Positions 10,207 to 19,100 of a stretch of DNA of 64,000 bases are shown in pieces. The stretch is taken from positions 3,537 through 67,536 of the forward strand of contig JBPCIX010000022.1 of the NCBI GenBank assembly GCA_051005875.1, in the 5' to 3' direction. Positions within the stretch are counted from its first letter, which is position 1. Every line of letters starts with the position of its first letter. The translations under genes were made by a program, and so were the position numbers. The notes below the pieces were generated by a model. It made no database searches, had not been told where the DNA came from, and was given only the letters and a program-made list of their open reading frames with translations. The DNA comes from Actinomycetota bacterium. GTDB taxonomy: Bacteria > Actinomycetota > CADDZG01 > JAHWKV01.

Positions 10207-10232
10207 TCAGGCAGTCTATTGGATAGCCCCCA

Positions 10233-10277
10233 TGTATTCAGCCAGGCGGTATTCAGCCAGGTGGTATTTAGCCCGGG
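10233..10277. repeat. 15-nt tandem repeat x3 upstream of the thioesterase gene
   Basis: The three units are TGTATTCAGCCAGGC, GGTATTCAGCCAGGT and GGTATTTAGCCCGGG, head to tail, 27-71 nt upstream of the start at 10206. Confidence 0.8.
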
Positions 10278-10287
10278 CCTCCCATGC

Positions 10288-10313
10288 AAAAGGGGCCCTT
10301 GCGGGCCCCTTTT
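10288..10313 (-). terminator. rho-independent terminator (bidirectional shape) after the ferritin-like operon
   Basis: AAAAGGGGCCC-ttgc-GGGCCCCTTTT has a perfect 7-bp GC stem flanked by an A4 and a T4 run. It lies 19 nt downstream of the stop at 10332. Confidence 0.75.
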
Positions 10314-10331
10314 GACGGCGAAGTCTGAAAG

Positions 10332-10958
10332 CTAGGCCTTGATGAAGGGCCCGGCTGCCGCTAGGACTTCACTTTTCGTCTTAGCGGTTTCCTGGGCGCC
10401 CATGTACACGCCACCCTCGGCTTCGAGCTCCAACAGGTTGCCTATTACGGCTGCGTGCCTTGCCTCGACACCGAAAATTCCGGCTGCTGCCTGGAGCACT
10501 TCCTTGTTCTCGATGAATCCAGCCGCCCCTAGATAGGCTGAGACTCCGAGATTCTCGAACACGTGGGCCGTGGTCAAAAAGCTCTTACGGTCCTTGAAGG
10601 AGTCCTTGAAATCAACTCCGGGGGCGGTAACAGGAGTTCCCCCCAACTTGGTGACCGTCGCTTTAATTGCCGACACGTGCGCGTCCTCGTCGGCGCCGAC
10701 TTTCTTGAGGTATTCCTTCTCTTTACCGCTCAGCAAGTTCTTGTCGTTGCCTTGCTTGTAGAACGCCGACTCCAGGTACTCAAGGGTCAGCGCGTAATTC
10801 AGAACATCGATGTCGCTGGTGAAGTCAGCCGAACCTCCGGAGCCTGGGTCTGCGCTCTGTGCAAACAACCAGCGAGGACCGGCGAGCATCTCCATAGCCA
10901 TCGTGGCCGGAACGCTGGCCACGCTGCCCCTAATAAAATCTCTTCGGGTAAGTCCCAT
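10332..10958 (-). CDS. Tat-signal ferritin-like domain protein
   Basis: The N-terminus MGLTRRDFIRGSVASVPATMA carries a twin-arginine motif. Ferritin-like di-iron helices are suggested by LNYALTLEYLESAFY, EDAHV and VEARHAA. Confidence 0.75.
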   Translation of the reverse strand: MGLTRRDFIRGSVASVPATMAMEMLAGPRWLFAQSADPGSGGSADFTSDIDVLNYALTLEYLESAFYKQGNDKNLLSGKEKEYLKKVGADEDAHVSAIKATVTKLGGTPVTAPGVDFKDSFKDRKSFLTTAHVFENLGVSAYLGAAGFIENKEVLQAAAGIFGVEARHAAVIGNLLELEAEGGVYMGAQETAKTKSEVLAAAGPFIKA

Positions 10959-10970
10959 TGAATTTTCTCC

Positions 10971-11717
10971 TTAACTCTTAATGAATGGTGTGGCTGCTGC
11001 GAGAACTTCGTCCATGGTCTTGGTTGTCTCAACCGGGCTTGGGAACGGATCGCCGCCGGTCAAGTCTTGCAAGATTGCAGCGTGCCTTGATTCAACGCCT
11101 GCGATTGAGGCGGCGGCCGCGAGAAGCTCCTTGGTCTCAATTTTCGTGACCTGGCCGTGGTAGGCGCTGACCCCTAGTTCCTCGAAGGTTACTGCCGTCT
11201 CGAGGAATTTTGCCTTGTCCGTGAAGGTACCTTCGGGAAAGACAAAAGTAGGCTTTGCCACGGGCTTGCCGCCGACCTTCTTGACCGTTGCAATTAGGGC
11301 ATCGACGTGCGCCTTCTCGTGAGCGGCAATGGGCTCGATAAGTGCCTTTTCTCTGCCCGAAAGAACGCTGCCTGAGACTCCCTTGGTGTAGAACTCCGAT
11401 TCGAGGTATTCGAGCGTCAACGCGTAATTCAAAATCGGGGTGTCCACATTCTCGGCCATCTTTGAAGGCGATGCGTCTGTGGGGTCGTCTTCTCCTGGGG
11501 TTGTGGTGCTCTTGCATCCTGCCATTACCAACGTGCCGCCAACACCAACGATTCCCGCGTACTTCAAGAAATTGCGGCGATCTACTTCTTTGTCAAACTT
11601 TATGACCGGTTTTCCATCGAAGAGCTTGCTTTCAAGCTCACCTGCGTTTCTGTTTGCCACTAGCGCCTCCTTTGGCGTTGTACCTACGAATTCCGTGCAG
11701 AAAGCGCGGAACATCAA
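10971..11717 (-). CDS. Tat-signal ferritin-like domain protein (paralog of 10332-10958)
   Basis: It has DRRNFLKYAGIVGVGGTLVMAGC (twin-arginine plus a lipobox-like AGC), then LNYALTLEYLESEFY, EKAHV and VESRHAA. The true start may be internal. Confidence 0.7.
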   Translation of the reverse strand: MMFRAFCTEFVGTTPKEALVANRNAGELESKLFDGKPVIKFDKEVDRRNFLKYAGIVGVGGTLVMAGCKSTTTPGEDDPTDASPSKMAENVDTPILNYALTLEYLESEFYTKGVSGSVLSGREKALIEPIAAHEKAHVDALIATVKKVGGKPVAKPTFVFPEGTFTDKAKFLETAVTFEELGVSAYHGQVTKIETKELLAAAASIAGVESRHAAILQDLTGGDPFPSPVETTKTMDEVLAAATPFIKS

Positions 11718-11946
11718 GTGCTTTGCGAACCTGGTGCCCCTACGCCCACAACTGCCCTGCCTAAACAGCCGCTCAAATGAGCTTCCTTAGGTTCTACCCC
11801 TCTTGATGGTACTTAAACCACAATCTTGCAGTGCTCATCAGCTAGGGCCGGAAGTCTTTGTCAGCGACCTTCTGCAATCCATTCGGGGCACACGGTCATT
11901 TGGATGGGTATTGGACGGCATTTTCGCTACCGAGTAGCGTGACTCC

Positions 11947-12723
11947 ATGAAAGTCTTCTCCAAACGCAAGAACAGCGCCGGCAATCTCCCCGGCGCTGCG
12001 GTGCCAGAAATGACCCTGATAGACCATCTTGAAGAGCTGCGAAGCCGCCTCTTCAAGATTGTGGTGGCCTTCGTTTTGGGGTCTGTCGCCGCTTGGTTTT
12101 TGTACGATCCGATTTTGGCGCTTCTCATCAAACCTCTAAAAGGCCTCCCAGGGGCCGGCGAGGTAATCAGCCGGGGCAAATTGGTTGTGATGGCCCCGAC
12201 CGAAGCCTTCTTCATCCGGATCAAGATCACCGCCTTCTCAGGCTTCGTGGTGGCGCTGCCGGTTATTTTGTGGCAATTGTGGCGCTTTGTAACGCCGGGG
12301 CTTCACCGAAAAGAAAAACGCTACGTAATTCCGTTCGTCTTCGTTTCGATGGCACTTTTCGTGGCGGGAATTTGGCTCGCATTTTTCTCGCTTCCCAAGG
12401 CCCTGCAACTGCTGACCAGCTTCGGCGGAACCGATATTGTTCTGGTCCCCCGGGCCTCGGAATACCTGTCGTTCATGATGCTGATGATCGCCGCTTTCGG
12501 TATCTCTTTTGAATTCCCGATCGTACTGATTGGGCTTGTAATGGCCGGAGTTTTAACTAGCCAGTCGCTGCGCAAGGGCCGGCAAATAGCGTGGGTGATC
12601 ATCTTGATTGTTTCGGCGGTCATTACTCCGACCACCGACCCTATAACAATGCTGATGATGGGAGTGCCGATGCTGTTTCTTTACGAGGCGACAATCTTGA
12701 CCGCACGTTTGATGAAAAAGTGA
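11947..12723 (+). CDS. tatC: twin-arginine translocase subunit TatC
   Basis: 258 aa. The N-terminus MTLIDHLEELRSRLF is the conserved TatC opening, and six hydrophobic segments follow. Confidence 0.9.
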   Translation: MKVFSKRKNSAGNLPGAAVPEMTLIDHLEELRSRLFKIVVAFVLGSVAAWFLYDPILALLIKPLKGLPGAGEVISRGKLVVMAPTEAFFIRIKITAFSGFVVALPVILWQLWRFVTPGLHRKEKRYVIPFVFVSMALFVAGIWLAFFSLPKALQLLTSFGGTDIVLVPRASEYLSFMMLMIAAFGISFEFPIVLIGLVMAGVLTSQSLRKGRQIAWVIILIVSAVITPTTDPITMLMMGVPMLFLYEATILTARLMKK

Positions 12724-12762
12724 CCTCTCACGTAATTCCAGGGCCCAGGTTAAAATCAACGG

Positions 12763-13188
12763 ATGCCAAAAAAGTTTGCTTTGATTTTGCTCGTAGTTCT
12801 CGCGATGGCAGCCTGCTCAAGCTCTCCCGAGCCGGCGCCTACGACTGAACCCAAGCCGGCGGCGGTTAAACCTGACAAAAAACCTGCGGAATCATGCCCG
12901 CCGGGCACCGGACCCATCGCTATTTCCGCTACGGAAGCTACTTTTGACAAGAAATGTCTGGCTTCCAAGGCCGGTGAAAAATTCACCGTAGTTTTGAACA
13001 ACACCGATGCCTTTGGGCACAATTTTGCGATTCTCGAAAAGAGCGGCGGCAATCACTTGTTCACCGGCACGGCCTCAAACGGACCGACAACAACTACCTA
13101 TGAAATACCCTCCCTGTCAAAGGGCACCTACCTCTTCCAATGCGACTTCCATCCCTTCGTAATGCAAGGCCCCTTCATAGTCAGCTAA
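12763..13188 (+). CDS. cupredoxin (amicyanin/plastocyanin-like) lipoprotein
   Basis: The lipoprotein signal is MPKKFALILLVVLAMAACSSS. Candidate type-1 copper ligands are His in AFGHNF and C-x2-H-x3-M in FQCDFHPFVMQG. Confidence 0.75.
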   Translation: MPKKFALILLVVLAMAACSSSPEPAPTTEPKPAAVKPDKKPAESCPPGTGPIAISATEATFDKKCLASKAGEKFTVVLNNTDAFGHNFAILEKSGGNHLFTGTASNGPTTTTYEIPSLSKGTYLFQCDFHPFVMQGPFIVS

Positions 13189-13206
13189 ACCGAAGCTGCG
13201 CACCGC

Positions 13207-14331
13207 TTATCTCGACCGGGCGGCCGCGGGTGACCGGCCGGTGAATGTCCAGGCTCCCGCTTTGGACTGGTACAGCCAAACAACCAGAGACTTGAGGTCG
13301 CCCTTTTCGTCGTACTCGTAGTCTTTTGAGTCGCCGAGGAAACTCCGATTAAAGCGTAAAAATTCGATAAGCTCTTTGGGCTTGGGCTCAACTTCTTCGA
13401 TCGCTTCAAGCAGCATCGAGGCACCCTCGTACGCCTCAAGGGCTAAGGGGGGAGGCTTAGAGCCAAACCTGGCGCGATAACGAGCCCGGAAATCAGCTCC
13501 GCCCCTATCGGCGGGATCCGCAATGGGCGAACTGGTGATAACTCCATCGGCGACTCCCGAGGGCTTGGCCTGCAAAATTCCGGGCGAAACAACAATGGGT
13601 CCTTTGTAGCCGGCCTTTCTTGATTCCTCTATGAACCTTGCGCCCAGGCCCCCTTCTCCCGCGAAAACCAAAATCATCGGAGGGTCAAAAGCGATAGAAC
13701 CGGCAAGGCCCTCAAGGTCGGTCTTTGGGTTGATGCGCTCGAACCGCGGGATAGGCCGCTTGGCTGTGTCGAAGGCCGATTTTAAGCCCGCGCTGAAATC
13801 GTTTCCGACCGGGGTTTCGTCATGCATAACCAGGGCCGGTCCAGCCGGGAAGGTTCGATTGGCGTAAAGCCCCAGGGCCTTGCCTTGCTGAACGGCGGGG
13901 GCCACGAGGCGGCGGAAACTTTTGGCGCCGGGAGGGGCTTCACCACCGGTCGAAGTGGTTAAGAAAGGAATTCCTGCCTTATCCAGGACCAGCGCCGCCG
14001 CCTGGGAGCCTGCATCGCTCAATTCCCCGACGACCCCGATTAGGCGTTCAGTTTTCGAAACCTGGTCGGCGCCCCTGGCAGCATCGGGCGCAGACCCGTC
14101 GATCGTCTCCGCCTTGAGGCTTACCCGGTAAGTAGAGTCGGCGTGCCGGTTGTACTCTTCGACCGCCAGCTCGGCCCCCTTTTTTCCTCCGGAAGAAGTC
14201 TTGGGCGCCGAATCGCCGAGAAACCCTAGAGCCAGGCCTTGCCTGCCTGCCGCAGGGGCAACAGGGGCGGATCCGCAGGCAGCGGACGCCAGAACCACTG
14301 CGATGGCTGCAGCCATTGTTAACCTTTTCAC
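13207..14331 (-). CDS. ABC transporter substrate-binding lipoprotein (LivK/branched-chain amino acid type)
   Basis: It has the lipoprotein signal AVVLASAACGS and a 374-aa type-I periplasmic-binding fold pattern. No permease or ATPase genes are adjacent. Confidence 0.65.
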   Translation of the reverse strand: MKRLTMAAAIAVVLASAACGSAPVAPAAGRQGLALGFLGDSAPKTSSGGKKGAELAVEEYNRHADSTYRVSLKAETIDGSAPDAARGADQVSKTERLIGVVGELSDAGSQAAALVLDKAGIPFLTTSTGGEAPPGAKSFRRLVAPAVQQGKALGLYANRTFPAGPALVMHDETPVGNDFSAGLKSAFDTAKRPIPRFERINPKTDLEGLAGSIAFDPPMILVFAGEGGLGARFIEESRKAGYKGPIVVSPGILQAKPSGVADGVITSSPIADPADRGGADFRARYRARFGSKPPPLALEAYEGASMLLEAIEEVEPKPKELIEFLRFNRSFLGDSKDYEYDEKGDLKSLVVWLYQSKAGAWTFTGRSPAAARSR

Positions 14332-14549
14332 GGTCTCAAGATATCAGGATGCGCCTTGGGCCCCGGGCAGAACTCTGCGGCAAATCCCCCAAACGGGGGG
14401 CACCTAGGCGAGGGGCGAAAATCTTCCTAAAAATATATGCCTATTGGGTAGCTCAAGGTGTACAATTGGCTAGCTAAAACCGCGTGCAGCGCTCGCCTGC
14501 AAGGTGACCGCCTAATTTGATTTCTTATATCCACAGGAGGAAATGCCCA

Positions 14550-15245
14550 ATGCCACATTCAACCAAGCTGGTGTCTAACGCCAACGCCGGACGAATTCTA
14601 CTTCTGATCGCAATGTTGGCCTCGGTTGCCGCGTTTGCGGTTAGCGCGACCGCGGCGGACACATGCCCGGTGACGGCCACGATTTTGGGAACCGACGGTG
14701 ATGACAACCTTGTCGGGACTTCCGGTGACGACTTGATCAACGGCGGCGGCGGGAACGACAGAATCGAGGGCGGCGACGGGAACGACACCATCTGCGGTGG
14801 CGCCGGGAATGACAGAATCGAGGGCGACGACGGGAACGACACCATTTTCGGCGGTGCGGGCGACGATCGTCTTGAAGGCGGTGCGGGCGACGATACCGCC
14901 GACGGTGGCACCGGGAATGACAAAATCGACGGTGGCGACGGCAATGACACGATTTTGGGCGACGCAGGCGACGACAAGCTCAAAGGTAGAAACGGCATCG
15001 ACAACATCGCCGGTGGCGACGGGAATGACAAGATCCATGGTGGAGACGGTAACGACATCCTCGCTGGCGACGCCGGGGAAGACCGGATCAAAGGTGGCGA
15101 CGGGCAAGACGTCGTTGACGGAGGAGCCGGCAACGACAGGATAAGAACCCGAGACAACGAGGTTGACAACGTTAACGGAGGCGCCGGCGACGACAAGTGT
15201 CGTGTCGACGACATCGACACGCCCGTGGCCAGCTGCGAACTCTAA
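14550..15245 (+). CDS. secreted RTX-like calcium-binding beta-roll repeat protein
   Basis: About 18 consecutive GGxGxD nonapeptides (GGGGNDRIEGGDGNDTICGGAGNDRIEGDDGNDTIFGGAGDD...). The preferred start is the ATG at 14550, 9 nt after AGGAGG, giving MPHSTKLVSNANAGRILLLIAMLASVAAFAVSATAA as a Sec signal. Confidence 0.8.
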   Translation: MPHSTKLVSNANAGRILLLIAMLASVAAFAVSATAADTCPVTATILGTDGDDNLVGTSGDDLINGGGGNDRIEGGDGNDTICGGAGNDRIEGDDGNDTIFGGAGDDRLEGGAGDDTADGGTGNDKIDGGDGNDTILGDAGDDKLKGRNGIDNIAGGDGNDKIHGGDGNDILAGDAGEDRIKGGDGQDVVDGGAGNDRIRTRDNEVDNVNGGAGDDKCRVDDIDTPVASCEL

Positions 15246-16111
15246 CCAGCGCCTTATCGTCCAAACTATGTTTGGCCATTTTTGGCGCACTGGCTATCCT
15301 TTGGGCCACGGCAGTGGCTCAAGCGGTGGACGGCCAGGCATTTGAACGAACTCCAGAATCGGGGCCTCGCGGTACCCGTATAAGCACAAAAGGCACCTGC
15401 GAAAGCGTGGACGGCAGGTCCGGCCAGACGATCGCACTATTCGTCCAAAGAACCTCAGACGCTTCAGTCATTGCGGCCGGAGAATTTGATGTTCTGTCAA
15501 ATGGGTACTGGAGCGGCAAAGTAACAATCCCCAAGATCGATTCCCTGGGCAGGCAGGTCGAGCCCGGCGATTACGTCATGCGGGCGGACTGTGAGTTTGG
15601 CGATGACTATTTCGAGGCGGAATTCACCTACGCCGACCAAATTTTTACCGTAACCCCAGGTGACATACCGGGCTGTGAGAATTCATGCGATCTAGGCCCC
15701 AGCTTTGTCGACTGCGCCAACAACGGTGCTTGCGAAGCAGGTTCCTCGGCCCCCGGAAACAACCCGGGCGCCTCGCAATCGCCAAAGCAAGCTGCGGCAA
15801 GCGTAGCGGCGAAGGCCGACGCTACGAAGACCGCCAATGGCACACCCGTCGCGAATGCGCCGGGGACGGCCGGGAGCACCGTGGCCCCACCAGACGCGGT
15901 CTTATCAGCAGGGGAACTGCCGGTAATCCAACTAGCCGGCGGAGATTCTGAGGACCCTAAAACCGACACCGCGCAAAGCCCCGCAGAGCCATCCTCGTTG
16001 GCGATCAAACAAACCGGGTCTCGCGCAAAAGCGACAGCAGCAGGCCTGGCCCTAGCAGTAACGGCCCTGCTCGCTTTTTCCCTCGTTAGAAGAGCCCGAA
16101 AAGCCGTTTAG
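15197..16111 (+). CDS. secreted protein with C-terminal TM anchor and basic tail (hypothetical)
   Basis: It has a signal-like LCLAIFGALAILWATAVAQA, a ~110-aa globular region, then an Ala/Pro/Ser-rich linker. The C-terminus is AAGLALAVTALLAFSLVRRARKAV. The start is uncertain (GTG 15197 overlaps the upstream gene by 49 nt). Confidence 0.5.
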   Translation: MSCRRHRHARGQLRTLTSALSSKLCLAIFGALAILWATAVAQAVDGQAFERTPESGPRGTRISTKGTCESVDGRSGQTIALFVQRTSDASVIAAGEFDVLSNGYWSGKVTIPKIDSLGRQVEPGDYVMRADCEFGDDYFEAEFTYADQIFTVTPGDIPGCENSCDLGPSFVDCANNGACEAGSSAPGNNPGASQSPKQAAASVAAKADATKTANGTPVANAPGTAGSTVAPPDAVLSAGELPVIQLAGGDSEDPKTDTAQSPAEPSSLAIKQTGSRAKATAAGLALAVTALLAFSLVRRARKAV

Positions 16112-16120
16112 GGCCTGACT

Positions 16121-16260
16121 TCGATTCCCAAGTATTCCGGAGTGCCGGGGGGGGGAATCGAACCCCCCCAAGTATTCCGGAGTGCCGGGGGGGGAATCGA
16201 ACCTTCCCAAGTATTCCGGAGTGCCGGGGGGGGAATCGAACCCCCCTAAGTATTCCGGAG
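16121..16260 (-). repeat. three extra tandem copies of the tRNA-Leu 3' half plus trailer (39-40 bp period)
   Basis: AAGTATTCCGGAGTGCCGG starts at 16130, 16170, 16209 and 16248. Each is followed by G8-9 AATCGAACC. Only the fourth copy continues into a complete tRNA. Confidence 0.9.
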
Positions 16261-16343
16261 TGCCGGGGGGGGGAATCGAACCCCCATGGGCTTGCACCCA
16301 ATGGTGTTTGAGACCATCGCGTCTACCGTTCCGCCACCCCGGC
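16261..16343 (-). tRNA. tRNA-Leu (anticodon CAA), long variable arm
   Basis: The reverse complement is GCCGGGGTGGCGGAACGGTAGACGCGATGGTCTCAAACACCATTGGGTGCAAGCCCATGGGGGTTCGATTCCCCCCCCCGGCA. Acceptor is GCCGGGG/CCCCGGC, anticodon stem ATGGT/ACCAT with loop CTCAAAC, and T arm GGGGG-TTCGATT-CCCCC. Confidence 0.9.
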
Positions 16344-16413
16344 CTTAGGCGAGTTTACAGGCCCAGACCTCCGCTTCGGAAGACGCAGGCCTGGTCGGGG
16401 TACAAGCAGGCGG

Positions 16414-17064
16414 CTAGGACGGGATATGGCGCGGAAAGCTCGGGTTGGTTTCTGTACAGGTTAGTTTTAGGACTCCCGGGCTTGTTTGGACTTGCGGTAT
16501 GCACCCTACTAACGGCAGCCGGAGGAATTTCAGGGGGGGCACCTTAACGGTGACCGGCAGTGAGCCGGACGTCTTAAACCTCAGGGATCCCGGGCCCGTT
16601 GCACTTATCATGCCTTTCACCCGGAAGCCGGGCCCTGCCACGGTTACTCCGCCGGCATCGAAGATGAAATTGAAGCCGCGGGGAAGGACTTTCGAGACTT
16701 CCTCCTGCCTAATAGCGACCGAAACCTCAATGCTGTCAATTGAAGAGACCACGACTTTTTGCTGCGAGAGCGAAGCGCCGCGGTCCACACGGATCCCATT
16801 AAGGACGGCCTCGACCCTATCGGCCGTAACCGGGCCGAGAGGCACCCTATCGCTTGCGATTGTCGCACGGCGGATTGTGCTGTCCGTCAGCAGGTCCAGA
16901 ACCAGCGGTTTGCTCAAGCTCACTTGGGGGTCGGTAATTAATGGCTCCCGCTCTTCGATGTAGCCGGCCATCCTTTCTTCCGCGTAAGCCCCCGCAAGCA
17001 TTTCTGCGCCTATGTAGGCGACTAATACCAAGGCAACGGAAAACAAAAGCAAGCGCTTTAGCAT
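16414..17064 (-). CDS. N-terminally membrane-anchored protein, DUF2993/LmeA-like (tentative)
   Basis: It has the N-terminal TM MLKRLLLFSVALVLVAYIGAEML followed by a beta-rich ~190-aa domain. The family assignment is from memory of the general pattern only. Confidence 0.4.
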   Translation of the reverse strand: MLKRLLLFSVALVLVAYIGAEMLAGAYAEERMAGYIEEREPLITDPQVSLSKPLVLDLLTDSTIRRATIASDRVPLGPVTADRVEAVLNGIRVDRGASLSQQKVVVSSIDSIEVSVAIRQEEVSKVLPRGFNFIFDAGGVTVAGPGFRVKGMISATGPGSLRFKTSGSLPVTVKVPPLKFLRLPLVGCIPQVQTSPGVLKLTCTETNPSFPRHIPS

Positions 17065-17082
17065 CTAGAAGTCATGTGAATA

Positions 17083-17874
17083 TCAAGGCGTCACGGAATC
17101 CAGTGATACCCGTATCTGCTTGGACAAGGCCACGGCGCCGTCCAGGTCTCCCGCCAGAACAAGTTTGACGATTGCGCTGCCAACTATTACCCCGTCCGCG
17201 TAAATTGCAGCCTGGGCTGCTTGATCGCCGCTCGATATGCCTATCCCCAGCAGAACCGGCGCGCTCGCGTGATGCTTGATTTTGGCAACCACCTCCTCGG
17301 CGGCCGCGGCCAGCTCAATCTGTTCGCCCGTCACGCCGAGCCTGGAGACCGCGTAAATCCACCCTTGGGACTTCTTGGCCAGCATCGCCGCACGCTCCGG
17401 CGGAGTGCTTGGGGCGATCATTTGAATATGAGCGATGGATTTGCGCCGCAGCGCAGAATCCAGATCGCCGGATTCTTCGAATGGCAAGTCCGGAACAATC
17501 ACTCCCTGAATTCCGGCATCGCTCATTGTTGCTGCGAACTTCGGAATCGTCAGGTGGTGAACTGGATTAAAGTACGTCATCACAACCGCAGGGACCGACG
17601 ACTCCCGCAGGGCCTCGGCGACCAATTTGAGGCAACTCGGCAGCGTCACGCCTAAGGCCAGAGCCCTTTGGGACGATTCCTGAATTATCGGACCATCCAT
17701 GATTGGGTCCGAGAATGGAACTCCAACCTCAATCGCGTCTGCGCACCACGACAACTCTGAGAACAAATCTATGAATGCCTGCGGCGATGGGAGTCCGGCC
17801 GTCAGATACGGCACGAAAAGTTTCCTACCCTTTGCGACCTTAGCCTTCAATTGCTGCTCGAGTGGGCTCTTCAA
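17083..17874 (-). CDS. trpA: tryptophan synthase alpha chain
   Basis: 263 aa with [29 protein letters not shown] and GIGISSG motifs. It is coupled to trpB by a 4-nt overlap. Confidence 0.92.
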   Translation of the reverse strand: MKSPLEQQLKAKVAKGRKLFVPYLTAGLPSPQAFIDLFSELSWCADAIEVGVPFSDPIMDGPIIQESSQRALALGVTLPSCLKLVAEALRESSVPAVVMTYFNPVHHLTIPKFAATMSDAGIQGVIVPDLPFEESGDLDSALRRKSIAHIQMIAPSTPPERAAMLAKKSQGWIYAVSRLGVTGEQIELAAAAEEVVAKIKHHASAPVLLGIGISSGDQAAQAAIYADGVIVGSAIVKLVLAGDLDGAVALSKQIRVSLDSVTP

Positions 17875-19100
17875 CGAACTCCCAGGGCCCGGGCGGCTAT
17901 TTCAACGTCCTTGTCTCCCCGCCCGGAAAGACAAACGAGAACATCTTTGCCTTCACCCAACTCTGCGGCCAGGTCCACCGCGCGAGCAAGAGCATGAGCA
18001 GGTTCGAGGGCAGGGAGAATGCCCTCGGTCCGGGCCAGGGCCTGAAATGCAGCAAGGGCCTCATCGTCGGTGGCGGTCAGGTAGTCAACCCGGCCCGAGT
18101 CCTTCAGTTGCGAGTGCTCCGGCCCAACACCCGGATAATCGAGGCCGGCCGATATCGAGTGAGCAGGGGAAATTTGGCCGTCGGAATCCTGCAGAAGATA
18201 TGAGCGCGCTCCGTGCAAAACTCCGGGAGAACCTTCCGTCAAGGTCGCGCTGTGGCGATCCTCAGAAAGATCTTCCCCTGCTGCTTCGACCCCGTAAATG
18301 GCTACCTTTCTATCTTTAAGGAAAGCCCGAAACATTCCTATCGCGTTCGAGCCGCCACCGACGCACGCGACCACAGCTTCGGGGAGCTTGCCATTCGTTT
18401 CCAAAAACTGAGCCCGCGCCTCGTTGCCTATGACGCTCTGAAAGTCTGCAACCAGGGCCGGAAAAGGGTGAGGGCCCACTACCGATCCGATCACGTAATG
18501 GGTTGTGGCGACGTTGGTTACCCAATCTCTCAGCGCTTCGTTTATAGCGTCCTTCAATGTTTGTGTCCCCGCCCGGACCGGCACCACTTCGGCCCCCAGC
18601 AGTTTCATTCGGGCCACGTTTAGAGCTTGGCGCCGAGTATCCTCGCTGCCCATGTAAACGACACATGGGATTCCAAACCACGCAGCGGCCGTAGCCGTCG
18701 CGACGCCGTGCTGGCCCGCGCCGGTTTCGGCGATTACGCGCTGTTTGCCCATTTGTTTTGTCAGTAGAAGCTGGCCGATTGTGTTGTTGATTTTGTGTGC
18801 ACCGGTAAACGCCGCGTCCTCGCGTTTCAGCCAGATTCGCGCGCCCCCGGTTTCCTCCGACAGGCGCGATGCGAGGTACAAAGGAGTCGGCCGTCCGGCA
18901 ATTTCACGATACAGACGAGCCAATTCGCTGAGGAACGCCTTGTCCTTGAACGCTGCCAGCCGGGCCTTGTCCAGGTCCAGCAATGCCGGCATCAGCGCCT
19001 CGGGAACGAACTGTCCCCCGTACTCGCCAAACCGACCCCTCTCGTCGGGCGCCGCCAGGGCTTTTCGCGCCCTCGCAGCTGCTTTTGTCGCTTTAGCCAT
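17871..19100 (-). CDS. trpB: tryptophan synthase beta chain
   Basis: It has the [13 protein letters not shown] opening, the PLP-lysine motif [13 protein letters not shown], and GGGSNAIG. The start is trimmed to MAKATK (19100), 2 nt after the trpC stop. The longer ORF (to 19172) would overlap trpC. Confidence 0.92.
   Translation of the reverse strand: MAKATKAAARARKALAAPDERGRFGEYGGQFVPEALMPALLDLDKARLAAFKDKAFLSELARLYREIAGRPTPLYLASRLSEETGGARIWLKREDAAFTGAHKINNTIGQLLLTKQMGKQRVIAETGAGQHGVATATAAAWFGIPCVVYMGSEDTRRQALNVARMKLLGAEVVPVRAGTQTLKDAINEALRDWVTNVATTHYVIGSVVGPHPFPALVADFQSVIGNEARAQFLETNGKLPEAVVACVGGGSNAIGMFRAFLKDRKVAIYGVEAAGEDLSEDRHSATLTEGSPGVLHGARSYLLQDSDGQISPAHSISAGLDYPGVGPEHSQLKDSGRVDYLTATDDEALAAFQALARTEGILPALEPAHALARAVDLAAELGEGKDVLVCLSGRGDKDVEIAARALGVR

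Noticed and set aside
11838-12230. 130-aa minus-strand ORF overlapping the tatC start
   Set aside because: It has no motifs and is antisense to a strongly supported tatC. I also searched the 11718-11946 intergenic region for a tatA-like small ORF and found none.
14525-15290. Long antisense and alternative-frame ORFs across the RTX-like gene (14525-15220 minus, 14598-15290 minus, 14797-15144 plus)
   Set aside because: The 27-nt periodic repeat keeps several frames open. Only the plus frame gives the GGxGxD calcium-binding signature, an RBS and a signal peptide.
16121-16290. CRISPR-like regular 39-40 bp periodicity
   Set aside because: The units abut each other with no unique spacers, the repeat is tRNA-derived, and no cas genes are present. 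This is a tandem repeat, not a CRISPR array.
16052-16301. Minus-strand ORFs with repeated PPGTPEYLGGFDS / PRHSGILG peptides, and the plus-strand ORF at 16182-16547
   Set aside because: They are translation artefacts of the tandem tRNA-Leu 3'-half repeats and of the tRNA itself. The period and sequence are fully explained by the tRNA-derived units.
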